Shown here: positions 11,526 through 23,639 of the stretch, piece after piece | Position numbering within the stretch: position 1 is the first letter of the stretch | Layout: the number at the start of each line of letters is the position of its first letter | Assembly (NCBI GenBank): GCA_013115125.1 | Contig: JABANN010000278.1 | Span: 1 to 43,992 of the forward strand | Reading direction: 5' to 3' | DNA length: 43,992 bases | Source: Perkinsus olseni | Taxonomy: Eukaryota | Position numbers and translations under genes: made by a program | Notes under the pieces: generated by a model | Databases searched by the model: none | Seen by the model: only the letters and a program-made list of their open reading frames with translations | What the model was told of the DNA's origin: nothing

Positions 11526-13474
11526 TCATGCTTCTATGCCCTGGGCTTCAACCCCTAACTCGATCTCGCAGTTCCCGTCTGCATTCTTGCCGTGCAGAAG
11601 CACCGCACCACGGAAGGCCATTTGCTCGCAGGCCTCCAGCTCACGCAGAGCTATGTCTCCTGCAAAGTCGATGATTTCACCGCGGCCTAGGAAACCACGG
11701 CCTTTCCTCAGCACCTCCACGCGCAACTTAACAGCGTTGAAGTGAAGACCAGAGGTGTCCAACAGATTGTACAATGCTTGGTTCCACACTACACTTAAGG
11801 AGGGTTTCTCCTCTACCACTTGGCCGATCACACCGGGCTCTACCTCGGCGATCGACGCCACCTCCGTCACACTCATTCTGTGCACCTCCCGCAGCTTCTC
11901 AATGATTCGCTGTACTCTAGGCTCGCAGGTCAGATCTCCCCTGACAGCCATTTCGCGCTTCGAACCAGGCTTGGATACCATCACAGCAGGCGTTGCCCCT
12001 GGGAGAGTGAACCGCACCCGGGAGCCTGGTTCGACCAAGCTGTCAGCACAATACAGGTCAATAGAAATCAAAATCTGACGGAACGAGTGCAGAGGCCTAT
12101 AGACGTGGTCCAAGTGTCTGAGTCGGCCGCGAACGTCCACCGCTACTTCACCAGCTATTCTAACCCAGTAGTCGGAAGACCCATCCTTATCGAGCAGGTC
12201 TCGAACCTTGATTGTCGCAGAACCAAAAAGTTCTCCTCCCGGACCGCACAGTCGTACGACAACTGGTTGATTGTGAGTGTATACAAAGAAGTCGCTACTG
12301 AAGGGCGGTTGCCACAGGTGATGGCCCCCCTCTTTGAACTTTCCCTTGGTAGTGGATACCAGCTTGGAGCCCAGGGACAGCTCGACGTGAGGACCCCTCG
12401 CTCTGGGCAGACCTCGGATTTGGTGCACTGAGAGCTGTAGAAGTGCACTTGGCTTGGGGTAAGCCCATTCGATATGGGGATGGACTTCCTCTTTCCTCAG
12501 GGGTATGTACACACAATTGGGCAGCAACAACGTTTCACGAATGGTCCTCTCCACCGCAGTCTGTACTACCGAACTGATACCGGGCATGTCGGCAAGGTTT
12601 GCTAGACCCGAGAACGACCAAGTGATGTCCAGTAGCGAAGCCAATGTGACCTAATCGTAGCACTCCACTCACACCCTGTAGCCGTCGAGTAGCGTCTTAC
12701 CTGTAAACCTCCGACAAGAGGTATCTCATCGACCAACGGATCCAGTGAGAGGCAAAGGTCCCCTTTGAAGTGAACACGTTCGATACCAACGCTGAGCACG
12801 CCTACTGAGAAGGCGACCCGAGCATCGCAGTCATACTCTAAATGCACATTGACATCGAGTGATTCATGCGTACCATGATCACGCCTAGAGGTCCGTATCG
12901 GCCCTAAAGTCGGAGTATTGCCTCCGAGCTTGAACTCCTTCAATTCGATCGCCCGACCGAGGCTCTCTCTCATGCTCGGTAGTACTTCCGTCTCTATTTT
13001 ATCGCGCACTATCGTGTCTATCTTGGGCCATAGTTGCTGCAGGAGCCAGTTCACCCAAGCCAACTGATCCGACCCGCCACTTGCCATAGCTGATGCACCG
13101 CCACCATCAGAACGCGCGGAGAACCGTTGCTCCATAACGTGATGGCTGGTCATCCTTCTCACTCGTCTTCGCCGATTCACTCTGGACAGTGATAAGCTGT
13201 TATCGACTCCCTCAAGGGCTGGTCTCAAGGGAAGATCCCTCGGTCGCTGTGATACGAATACCTCTCGCTGGCCTCTTCGTCGTCCTGTGAGAGGAGTCGC
13301 TGATAGCGGCGGTCGACAGCACAAGTAGTTCCACAGAGACGTTGGACGTGCGACCGCTCGAGACTGTACAGTTGACTCATGCACGTTATCGAACGCTTCT
13401 GAGGAAGCACCCTCCTCCTCATGGTCATCCGCGATGCTACCATAAAATGGCGACGGACTGAGGGAGTACTTCAT
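11526..13474 (-). CDS. Extended synaptotagmin-like protein (SMP domain plus C2-like region)
   Basis: WVNWLLQQLWPKID...FKLGGNTPTLG...LDPLVDEIPLVGGLQ, then an intron, then FSGLANLADMPGISSVV...LLLPN followed by C2-like LLQLSVHQIRGL...FFVY. Two exons. Confidence 0.82.
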
Positions 13475-13974
13475 GACTGACTAATGCATAGGAACTGGCA
13501 AAGGACCCCGGAAACAAGAGCCAGAGTGATATCAAAATCTAACGACGGTCCGTCCTCAAACGCAAAAGGCATCGTCATGACAACTTTATAACGACCATTG
13601 GGAGCTTAGGATCGCATAGAGGACAGATGGTCGCTACGACCACTACAGAAGAGCCCGAGTAGTGTATAATGGTGATGACAAGAGCTGCACGCTTCTTCCC
13701 TACAGTGATATGTTGTTGACGATTATTATTATCATTAACAGTGTTGTTAGATGTAGTAGCACAAGATAACGACGAATAGGACATAGACGACAGGGAAAAT
13801 AATAATAGTCGAATGCTGCTGCAGTCGCGCAAGCTGCTTCTGCTTCTGCTGCTGCCGCCGTCCGATAGTATCATCACCGAAAATGGTAAAGCAAAACTGT
13901 TATAGGATGGGGGTGAAGCACCCTAGAATGATTATCATCCCAGAAGGCGGTAGCCGAAGAATTACACAACAAAG

Positions 13975-14379
13975 CTACTGACCTGTGGTGAGGTCATCCT
14001 GGCTCTTCTCTCCGCCTTCGTCGTCCCTCTCATCACGATCTTCGACCTTGGTGGTATATAGAACGACTGGTATATCTCCAAAGGAGACAGTGTCGTCGTC
14101 GCCGTCACTGCTGTTGTGGTGGCTGCTGCCCCTTGTACACGCCACACGAGAACACTCTTCAATTTCAAAACGGCCAACTCTCCTAACGTCCGGTGATGCG
14201 GCATTGGAGAAGGGAATGCACTGCGGCATCGAGTCGCCTCGTGGTCGTTTACTCCGCAACAGGGCTTCTTCACTACGTCGACTTTTGTTGCTCACATTCG
14301 GCTGCTGCTGCTGTTGCTGTTGCTTTCTGTCGACTTTTTGTGTATGTCCAGTGCGGCGTTTCCGGCTGCTACGGGACAT
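13975..14379 (-). CDS. Hypothetical low-complexity protein with polyQ and RRVGRFEI motif
   Basis: ATG-initiated ORF MSRSSRKRR...QQQQQQQ...RRVGRFEIEE...; it may splice onward towards about 13750. No recognisable folded domain. Confidence 0.4.
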   Translation of the reverse strand: MSRSSRKRRTGHTQKVDRKQQQQQQQPNVSNKSRRSEEALLRSKRPRGDSMPQCIPFSNAASPDVRRVGRFEIEECSRVACTRGSSHHNSSDGDDDTVSFGDIPVVLYTTKVEDRDERDDEGGEKSQDDLTTGQ

Positions 14380-14771
14380 CAAAAAACTAGGGGTATGTCA
14401 TCTACCTGAAAGAGGGTACGAGCCAAGCGGCTTCATCGGCCTCGAGCCACTGTCAACAACGACGCTTGCTGTGCACCGCTCCGTCCGACTTCAAGAACAA
14501 AATTCCCTGGCCAGGGAGCAAAACGCCTCGTAGAACCCCTCTAGAAATACCGACTGTTCCACTGTGAACGCTGCGAGATAGTCAAGCGCCCGCTCGATCA
14601 GCTTCCTCGCCCGAACTCAACTCCTTCACACTGCAAAAATTGTTCCAACACCTAATTACCGACCGGTTGGGGAGTGTCGACAAAAAATATCCGACAAATC
14701 GATATAATGGTAAGACATGAGTGAGTGTATGTTACGGTGAGGGATGATAGGGATGAGACTGCCATGATCTA

Positions 14772-15302
14772 TCATCTCTCTAGAACAGGATAAACCATCA
14801 AAGTCGGCGTAACCGAACCGCTCCCCTCATGCGGGGCCACTTCGAAGCGGCCAATTCGGCGCCTCGAGGAGGCCCGGGCAGTTGAGCCACTGCCGGATTC
14901 AGAATTGGTCGTGGTCTCGACGTCAACATCCTCTTCGACCACAAAGCGACCGACCTTCTTCACGAATTTTCTCTGCTGTTGGGGCGTAATCACAACCAAG
15001 CTCGAGCTCGGAACGGGAGACAGTGCTAAATCGCAGTTAGCGTGAGTGACGTATAGCTGCTGCTCAGTGTGCTGATAATGATGCCGTCTTTCCTCTACCA
15101 ACTCAAGGGTAAACCTTCCCCTTCTAGATGGTGTGGATGCATTCTTGTCGGTTTGACGGCCTCCTTGCTGCTCAGCAGCAGCAGCAGTAGCAACCTCCAA
15201 ACGTGACTTGTCCACAGCCGTCATCTTGCCATCATCAGTATCATCATCACATAACGCAGTGTCCACGGCGGGTGCAGGGGGGCCAGGGGGAGCCTGAGCC
15301 AT
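14772..15302 (-). CDS. Hypothetical disordered protein with three GRFx[VL] motifs
   Basis: Intronless 176-aa ORF containing RRGRFTL, KKVGRFVV and RRIGRFEV. Confidence 0.55.
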   Translation of the reverse strand: MAQAPPGPPAPAVDTALCDDDTDDGKMTAVDKSRLEVATAAAAEQQGGRQTDKNASTPSRRGRFTLELVEERRHHYQHTEQQLYVTHANCDLALSPVPSSSLVVITPQQQRKFVKKVGRFVVEEDVDVETTTNSESGSGSTARASSRRRIGRFEVAPHEGSGSVTPTLMVYPVLER

Positions 15303-15668
15303 CTTTGTATCCTATGGTCGTAGACTCCGGCGGTGGTAGAGAGGCTCCTCTCAGGAAGGGTATGCCAAATGCAAAACAAGCCTAATAAAGCAGCAGTTCC
15401 CTCTTCGGCCCTGCCTAGACAACCCAACGCGGGATTGGCAAAGGAAGCTGCTGTGGTTACTCTGGGAATGGAGAAGGCTTCTCCCTTCCAGTAGCAGCAG
15501 GCCGATAGTACGCAAGAAACAACGCTCGTCCCGAGAACAACTTCCTCTATTGCTATCAGTCGGTCAATAGTTCACAGCAATAGACATCAATATTAGTAGT
15601 AACAATAATCAAGGAAATGATACTTACGACTGGTGAGATAAATGGCAGCAGCTTTGGTGATACTCCGA

Positions 15669-16979
15669 CTACGCAGCTCGGGCTCGGAAGGCTCTGAAGT
15701 CGTCCAAAGCCTTGAGGACCTGTCAACAGGCGGTAGTTGGCCGCTTCTATCGGCAGCCCATTCATGACCCACCTCCGAGTTCAACGAGATCGCTGTGTCC
15801 ATCATCTCCCCTGGCTCGAGGAGCTCGATCCACAGCTGCAACTGGATCGAGTAACGGTCAAGGTTACCTACACGATTACCGGAATGCGCGAATCGTGGAT
15901 CGGTGATTGATATAATTTGCCGTGATCACCTGCAAGCGATATGAGAGCCTCATTAGTGGAGACATCGGGTGTGGTCTCCTTCTTAGCCTTGGTAAAGCAC
16001 TCATTCCACAGCTCTATCGTCTGCTGGACCTGATCTCACCGCGTTAAAGGGCTCCATACATGCCATACCAGCCCACCTCAGGTATGAACGTCTCGGGGTC
16101 CTGGCCCTCAGCATCCTGCTCGTATGTGATGTCCATAAGGTTCCGATCGGACGCTTGATTGTCATTCCCATTGTCAACGAGCGTAGCCGCCGTTGCCACT
16201 GGGGTTGCCTTAGCTGAAAGGAGGACCATTGCACCAGGAAAGCCTATAAGGCTGCTGCCCCTGCCGTTGTGTCCTACCAACACCCGGCATAGTGAAGCCT
16301 TCATCCTGTAGTCGAATATAAAAGGATTGGAAATTTGGTAAAATGTCGGCATCTCGGGCGAACCTAAGACAACGACGCGCACCCATACAGTGCTGCGAGA
16401 CCGAGCTGCACAATACTCACCTCACCGCCCATTCGCTTGCTAACCGCAAGATAGTCGATTTCACTTCAGCATCACAGTCTGGACGCTGGAGCACCTGAAA
16501 AAACAACGCCGCGGTGAGCTCAAGATACGCCACGAGAAGCGGCGAAGGGCCGCCCACCTTCGACAGGCTGGTGAGAAACTCAGTATCAGCAATATTGAGG
16601 TGGAAGGTGACCTCAGTATGCTGCATAACCTCGTCCAACAGCAGCAGCGCTGCCCACTGTATTCTGCTCGATTCATGTGTTGTTATCTTCCTACGGAGCT
16701 CGGAGATCACAGCTCGACCTAAACCAGACAAAAGATTCCCACACCACCAGGAGATGCTCACCTACCGCTGTCGTTGGACATGTCCACTGCATCACTTATT
16801 TGAGATACTAGCGATGATGATGGTGTGGGCGGTGAGTGCCTGATGGGAAGATGCGACAGCAAACGCGTGAGGCCTACTCACGATTGTGAGGTCCTGTCTA
16901 GCGCTTCTTTGATTGCTTTATCGACGAGCTCGGCCTCGTCTCTCTTCCCGTTCTGTGAAGCAACAACAGCCGAAGCCAT
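15669..16979 (-). CDS. VHS-domain protein (TOM1/GGA-like, probable GAT-like C-terminus)
   Basis: Exons encode ISDAVDM..., AVISELRRKI...IQWAALLLLDEVMQH...FHLNIADTEFLTSL, VKSTILRLASEW and FQSFYIRLQDEGFTMP (VHS pattern). Helical C-terminal exons end ...ISLNSEVLKALDDFRAFRARAA*. Confidence 0.8.
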
Positions 16980-17448
16980 TGTTTTGTGGCGATACTATCA
17001 AAACTGAAAAATGAGCAACCTCATCCAGTGGCACTAAGTCCAACACAACACTGCTAGACTGATTCAAAAATTGTAAAATCGGGCGGCAGCAGCAGGCGAT
17101 GATACGAACAATAATAACAACAATGACGCCTTCAGCGCAGCCACTGTCGGCGGAGTACAGTCCTTCGACCCGCCACATCGAGGACGCCGAGCGCTATCCT
17201 CACTGATGAAGGGAGATGATTCTACTAATGGGAGCACTCCTGTGAGTACCCCACCATAGCGGAAGAGATGATCACCATGATTATGACAAGCTGGGGACAA
17301 ACAGAGAACTATTATTATCCTATTATTCATCTCTAAGCTCCTAACTATTGTTATCACTCGTAAATATGACAATGGGGGGCCGTCTAAGCAGAGTAATTTT
17401 ACAGGATAGGGGACGAAGTATGAGAAGACGAGGGTAAACGATTGGTCA

Positions 17449-20032
17449 TCAGTGCAGGGGCGCCTCTTGCTGCTGCTGCCGCTGCTGCTGCTGTTCGAGG
17501 CCTCCAACTTCACCTTGCAACATGTCAAGCAGACCTGCAGAGGGGAAAGCCGGGAAAGCATAGGGTCGAAGGGAGAGAGCGTATGAACTCACCATCGCCG
17601 AACTCTTCCTCCTCTGGGCCAACAGGGCTTTGATGCACTTGCTGCAGCGGTGATGATACGCTCGTTGAGGGCGCACGGCCCTACGACGAGAAGACAAGCA
17701 TACTCTGGCATGCAAGTGTGTCGGAGCCGATGTGCTCCAACCCACCTGCACTAGGAACTTCCACAGGTCGTAGGCGTCTATGACTGCCAGTACTGACCGA
17801 GTGTTGGGATCGACGATTACCTAAACTCCAGCAGCAGTGAAAGAACAAAGGGATAGGGTGAACGAGGAAGTCACACCATCGAGTGGGACTCCGATCCCAG
17901 CAGCATCGACCGTAAAATGTTCTTCAACGACACCGGGAAGTCTGTTGACAAATACACGGGCGCTATGTCGCCATTGACGTCCTGAGGGAACGACAACTGA
18001 GGGGATCGACAAGTACTACAGGGGAGAGCACCTCATCCTCCTCATCCAAGTCGGGGACAGTAATCCCTGCCTGCCTCTTCCTTCTGAGCTCGGCAGCCTT
18101 GGTCATCCTCACATAACGCTTGGTCAACTCTAATGCATCACCAGCACGCATGTCCAAAGATATGCTATGGCCGAGAACAGAATATTCGCTCCCGGTATAC
18201 CTGAAACCCACCAACTCGTGGACAGGCCGCTGACTATCGGCAAAGGATCTCCAAGACCCTGGGAGACACTCCTCTAACGTGTGACTCACATGTAATTCAC
18301 CGACTCCGTGATGAGCTGATTGACAGAGGTAAGAGTGAAGGAGCCGACGTACTGGCCCTCCTTCAACACTGGTAAGATCTGCCGCTGACAAGTGCCTGAC
18401 CGCAGTGGGCGTCAGCATCATCATCCGCTACAAATGCGATCAGTGGTGAGAGGACGACCTTACATATGAGCTCCATCACGTCCGCTAAGGTATGCTTGTC
18501 AGCGTCTACTGTCACAACATAGCCTCGGGATAAGGCACCTAAAGAAGTGCCAGGGAAAGCAGGCATCGTTGTTGTTGTTGTTGTTGTTACTGTAGTCCTG
18601 TACTGGTAGGTCGAATACCGGTGCCAAGTAGGGCCCTTTGCAGTGTATGGCAACATAGGCCATGATCTGTGTGAGGGTAATCTCAGCAAACATCTCTACT
18701 TCTGTTTTGGACTCGGTCTCGCCAGAGAGCGAAAGACTGTGAGCACCGGGTGTGGCGATGATGAGGGAGACCTAAAGAACAACATCACCTGATCTCATCT
18801 GGTCAGACATTATTCTATCGTCGTCTTACCGCCTGAAGGACTGATGCGTCCTGGTCTAACCGCAAGATGGGCACCTCCCTCGGCTGGAGCGTCCGTCGAG
18901 CTACCCACTGGTCCACTGTTATGGACTCTGATGCTTGATCCCGGTTATGATAGCACCACAAAGTGTACTGGAACAAGTCCAGTGCCGTCAACCAGGTGGT
19001 GCCAGTAGCGACAGGGAAGCCCTCTCCGTCTGTGGTCGGTGGGGTTTCACATGACCTTGTTTGGTCCACTTGTAAAGGCGTCGGCAGGCCTGAGTTGTTG
19101 TTGTTGTTGCTGTTGTTGTTTGCAAGGCTGTCGTAAGCCACCTCGTTCACTTGAGGAGCCATACCTGATAATAAGAAAGGCGGAGGCGTCTCCAGGAGAT
19201 TGAGGATTCTAAACAACAATATGGTTGATGTATCGATCCAGCGAGAATCTTAGGTTGAAGCTTGCATCTTACACTCAGTATTGTAATCGAAGTCAGCCCG
19301 GATGTCCCCAGGGGTATCGTCACTGAAGTACGTCTCGTTAGGCAACTGACAACCTGGTATGGTCACAACAGCGGCAGCGGCTGCTGCTACTGCTGATGGC
19401 GGCGGGGGAGGCCGCTTTCGCCGTAATACTCGGACTCGCCGCAGTGGTCCAACTTGTGTACCCGTCATAGTTGAACTCGGTTGCGCTGTAGCTGAGTATC
19501 AACGACCACTGCCATCACAGAATTCAATGATGCTCCTACGAGGGGTTGCTTCGTCTCGTCTTTGCTCGTACTCCCCTGTTAACCCACTCAATAGAAGCAC
19601 ACATGCCTGGCCCATCGGGATGTCATCGGTCACCTGAATAATGGGCAATACTACACTAGCGAGGCCTAGCGAGCTCCTTACACAGGCCGTAAGGCTGCGG
19701 TCAGGTATGGCCTCGTACACAGTGAGTGAGGCCATGAAGTCCAGGAACGTATCCAACGGGTCCTCCACCTGCTGGCAGCACGGAGCATTCACACTACGAT
19801 CGACTGGACACCAACAGCAGCAGCAGCAGCAGGAAGGCTCATTACAGGAGCTTCGTTGATGGTGTGCTGTATGGCTGCTGGAGGGGAAGAGGGCTCGAGG
19901 AGAGGGCCCGGCCGATGCAAGGCACCTGATCCATACCACACCTTGGAATACCATCGCCACAAGGAGGGGCTTACCAAAAGCCGTCGGGGGGATGACTGGA
20001 GGGTCACCGTCATCACGGGTGCTGGTAGAGGA
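17449..20032 (-). CDS. CBS-domain protein, AMPK-gamma/SNF4-like (multi-exon)
   Basis: FLDFMASLTVYEAIPDRS resembles the entry to AMPK-gamma CBS1. Further CBS-like pieces are WLTALDL, LRLDQDASVLQAV, VVTVDAD, PVVLVD and VLAVIDAYDLWKFL. Boundaries approximate. Confidence 0.55.
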
Positions 20033-20245
20033 CATACAGTTGCTCCAACTCGGAAAGGGAAGACGAGGAGCAACAAAACTGCTAATGATTCTGACCCCCC
20101 TGCGAGGTGAACTCAGAAGCGGTATGATGCTTGGAAACACTCCGAACGATAGGGGTAAGTCCACACAATGGTCATAGTTAGTATCGGGATGATAATCGGT
20201 GGCCGCCGCCGCCGGCTGGGGGACGCCATCCTAACTCGGGATATC

Positions 20246-23100
20246 TCATGGGCTGTGAAGCTCACTTGACGAAGAGGATGAAGAATCCGAGATCGAAGCT
20301 GACACTCCTGAGCACAACGCGGACGATCCTTTCAAGTGGCCATCAGAACCCTTACCTGTCACCGCTCGGATGGCCGAGCCAAGGCCCGTGGCTCCAGGAG
20401 ATCTAGCAGAACGGAAGAACCTGTCGAAGCCAGAGCCATCGATGGTGCGACTGTACTTCACCACCATCACGCTACTACCTGTACGTCGACGAAGTGGCTA
20501 TGCTCCGTAGGAGGGCATCAGGTAGCTCAGTCGGCCTCTCCCATACCGGAAAGAACTCACTGGAGCCGCGGCTCTGCGACTTCTAAACACGAGCAGGAAA
20601 TGCCCAATAGCAGTGATGGACGGTTATCACCTCTGAAGGAAGGGCTCCGTCGATCCAGGGGTCAAGAGGGTCGGTGACGGGGGTGGAGGTGGTGAGCTGA
20701 TGGTATAACGGGGGTATCCAGCCGTTCTGATGACAGGCTCTATTGAGAGGGCCGTCCTGGGATGCCTGCAGGGTAGCTGGGCTGTTCGTTACAGACCATC
20801 TCCCACTCATGTGATGTACCTAGGGAGCATCGCTCGGTCAGGACTCCGGCGGTAATCGAGAGTACGAGCATCGACGTTGACGACACTCACCTGTACCGAA
20901 TGGCCAAGTATGAGGAGGAGCCATGGAGCTATCCAGGCAGCTTTAGAGGTCGAGCATGCTGCTGGGTTGAGTACACGACGAGCGTCTCGTGCCTCCCAGT
21001 CGGTCGGGCCATCCCCTCCCACGTCCAACGTGAAGTTGATAAAGTCGTGCTGTACAGATATTGATGATACGGCCTTGGGTATAAAAGATCCCTCCTAGCA
21101 GGGAAAGGGCATTGGGCGGAACATCAGGACCGGAGGTTGGGCTGCTACCGGAGTACATACTCCAATCGACGAGGATGAGCGGTTGAACAATGCGCCATAG
21201 GCCATCTGAAGAGTAGGGAAAGGTGTGGTATAGATGGGAAGCGAGGGCTTGACTACCACTATAAAGTAAACCCAAGCCAAAAGGACGTGAAGGGTGAACA
21301 CTATCTGCCTGGTGAACACTACGTTACCGTAGAGACCCTGAGGGAAGAGGGCGTACGGCGGTCGATCGAGACTCCTCCCACAACCTCCAGCAGTACCGCG
21401 GAAACATGCTGAAAGACACCTCCATTTTGACTAGGTCTCATGGTATTCACAGCATTCTGGGCCTCATAATATCGACCATTGTCCCGAACGATGCTACCCT
21501 GAACACCGGAGGTAACCCCACCGACGGGATAGCTACTACTAGTACGACCTCAGCGTAGGGGCACTGCCTCGACGACCATTCCGGGACCTTGATTCCTGCT
21601 TGCTGGTGCGGGTGTCCCTTCGCTGGATATGGCGCCCCTCCTCCACCACCCTGAGTACCGTCCTCTGGCTCTCCCCTATTACTTCTACTATTACCGATGA
21701 TACCGCATTCTGCGCCCCAGCTTGAACCTTTATAAGAGCTGACTGCTCCGTTATAATCTTCCATCTTCCCAATAGATGTGTGAGATGCCTGAATGAGCGA
21801 CAAGGGGACCCCTCAGGGCGCCAGCGGCGGGAGAGGCCCTACTGCAGTTCAAGAGGTCTAATGTTGAGATCTGTGCAGAAAACTACAAGTAAAACATGCA
21901 AAGTAAAAATGGCCATCATAAAGCACCTGAAAAAGGAAGAGTACCGAGGATCGCCGGGAGTCGATACCACTACATCGTGACACTAGGGCTGCCGGGGACA
22001 GCCGAGCTGGCTGATACGCTGAGGAAGTCCAAGACGTTAACCCGAGTGTCACTGATGGACACATCGTTATGCAAAGGTCCCCGGGCAAATCGACAAGGGA
22101 GGACTCCGAGACACCACACTGCCTGAGCAGGGAGAGCACTGTGTGGTCCATCAGGGGTGACGCGCTACCTCGGCTGCGTAGACGACAAGTCTCCTGAGGC
22201 TCTGGACTATGGGGGCGAGGAAGAGGTTTTCGGTGGCATTGACCCGAGCGTCTAACGCTTCTGCTGTGAGATTAGCCGTATGGAAATCTGGGCTCCTGAA
22301 AGGGCGGCCTTCCACAGCGAGCACTGTGCTTCCACCAACCCTTACTACTGGCGCAAAAGGGCCACTGATACACTCGAGAGCAGCAATGGCGGCAGGAAAT
22401 ACTAAAGATGAGTTGTGGAGGGAGTGGTAGTAACAGTTAAATATGGCCCACCTCAGTAGCCAATACATAGCCGTAGAACGAGGAGCGCTTATCTCCCCCT
22501 TGTGCTACAAGATCCTGCTGTACTACCGCCGCCGTACAGTATCCGACGTCGAGGAATGTCATGGCTGAAGGGGGTTTTGGAGGGAATGGCGACTACGTGG
22601 AGGGCTAGTGCTGTTGTACTCTTACCAAGGAGAAAGAACCTCGCAACGTCCCGGGCAATGGTGGTGGCGGAACGATCCTGATCACCTGAATGAAGACCTG
22701 ATAGGCTAGGGTGGTCGGGGGAGTAGTACTACCGAAGTCCTCAGGCCGTATTAAGGAGCTGCGCCTGTGCGGTGAGTTGCCTCCCCAGAAGGCATAGAAG
22801 AGCCTCTGGGACATGAGAAAGGTGATTACCACGACTAAGTGTATATTGGCCTCCCATGGTGCCTGATGAGAGCTAGGGTGGCGAGAATGGGTATCGCGGG
22901 TAGAAGGACGACGCACCCCCGTGATGAATGATATCTGTATGAATGCTGCACATGCACAGAAGATGGCGTGGAGGATCTCCCACGACCAGTCGACAGGTGC
23001 CTCCGACCAGGTCCGCATGAAATCCGGCCCGGTGAAGTATCCTGCTTCGGTGTGGAATGCCGAGTAGTCGACACGATTCTGCTGTTTGCCGAGCTCCTCA
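20246..23100 (-). CDS. Hypothetical multi-exon protein(s) with hydrophobic segments
   Basis: A chain of protein-like minus-strand frames separated by GT-AG intron-like gaps (e.g. WEILHAIFCACAAFIQISFI, HLVVVITFLMSQRLFYAFW, YWLLRWAIFNCYYH). No family recognised; could be more than one gene. Confidence 0.4.
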
Positions 23101-23639
23101 TCTGAATGGTTACCCCTCCCAGTACCACACCCTCACCAACTACTACTACCATTAACGACACCATCGCATTTGAGCCTTTCACGTGGTGTGATGACCTCTC
23201 CGACGAGCTCCCCTCCCTCTATCAGCCCACCGCCACCTCCCGGCTCCGGTCGCCAAGCCATTGTGAAGAGAGGGTCACTACAATGACAACCACTGGTCTC
23301 AGCACCAGCCCTCCACGGGTCGCACAATGGTCGCAAGACCACAGAGAACAGATCCCTCCGCGACCAGGATTTGGGGGAAATGTGGTATGACAGCCTAGTG
23401 CTACTGATGAGAAAGGAAACCAGTCAGAGAATATCCGAAAGGACTTACGTGAGGTTGCGCCTATCGTTGACGGCGACTTCCAAAGGCGGGCCGATACGTT
23501 AAGTAAATGCAAGACATGCAAGATGCCCGAGGCCGTCGTCCTCGCGTAGTGCGACTACGAATTCACGGTGGTGGTTGGTTCCAGACTGCAGTGCTTTCCA
23601 GGCGGTTACTTGGATTTCCATCTTCGTCCTGTCGGTGGA

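Noticed and set aside
18567-19120. GTT/CTG triplet runs as a repeat system
   Set aside because: These are ordinary microsatellites encoding polyN, polyQ or polyA tracts.
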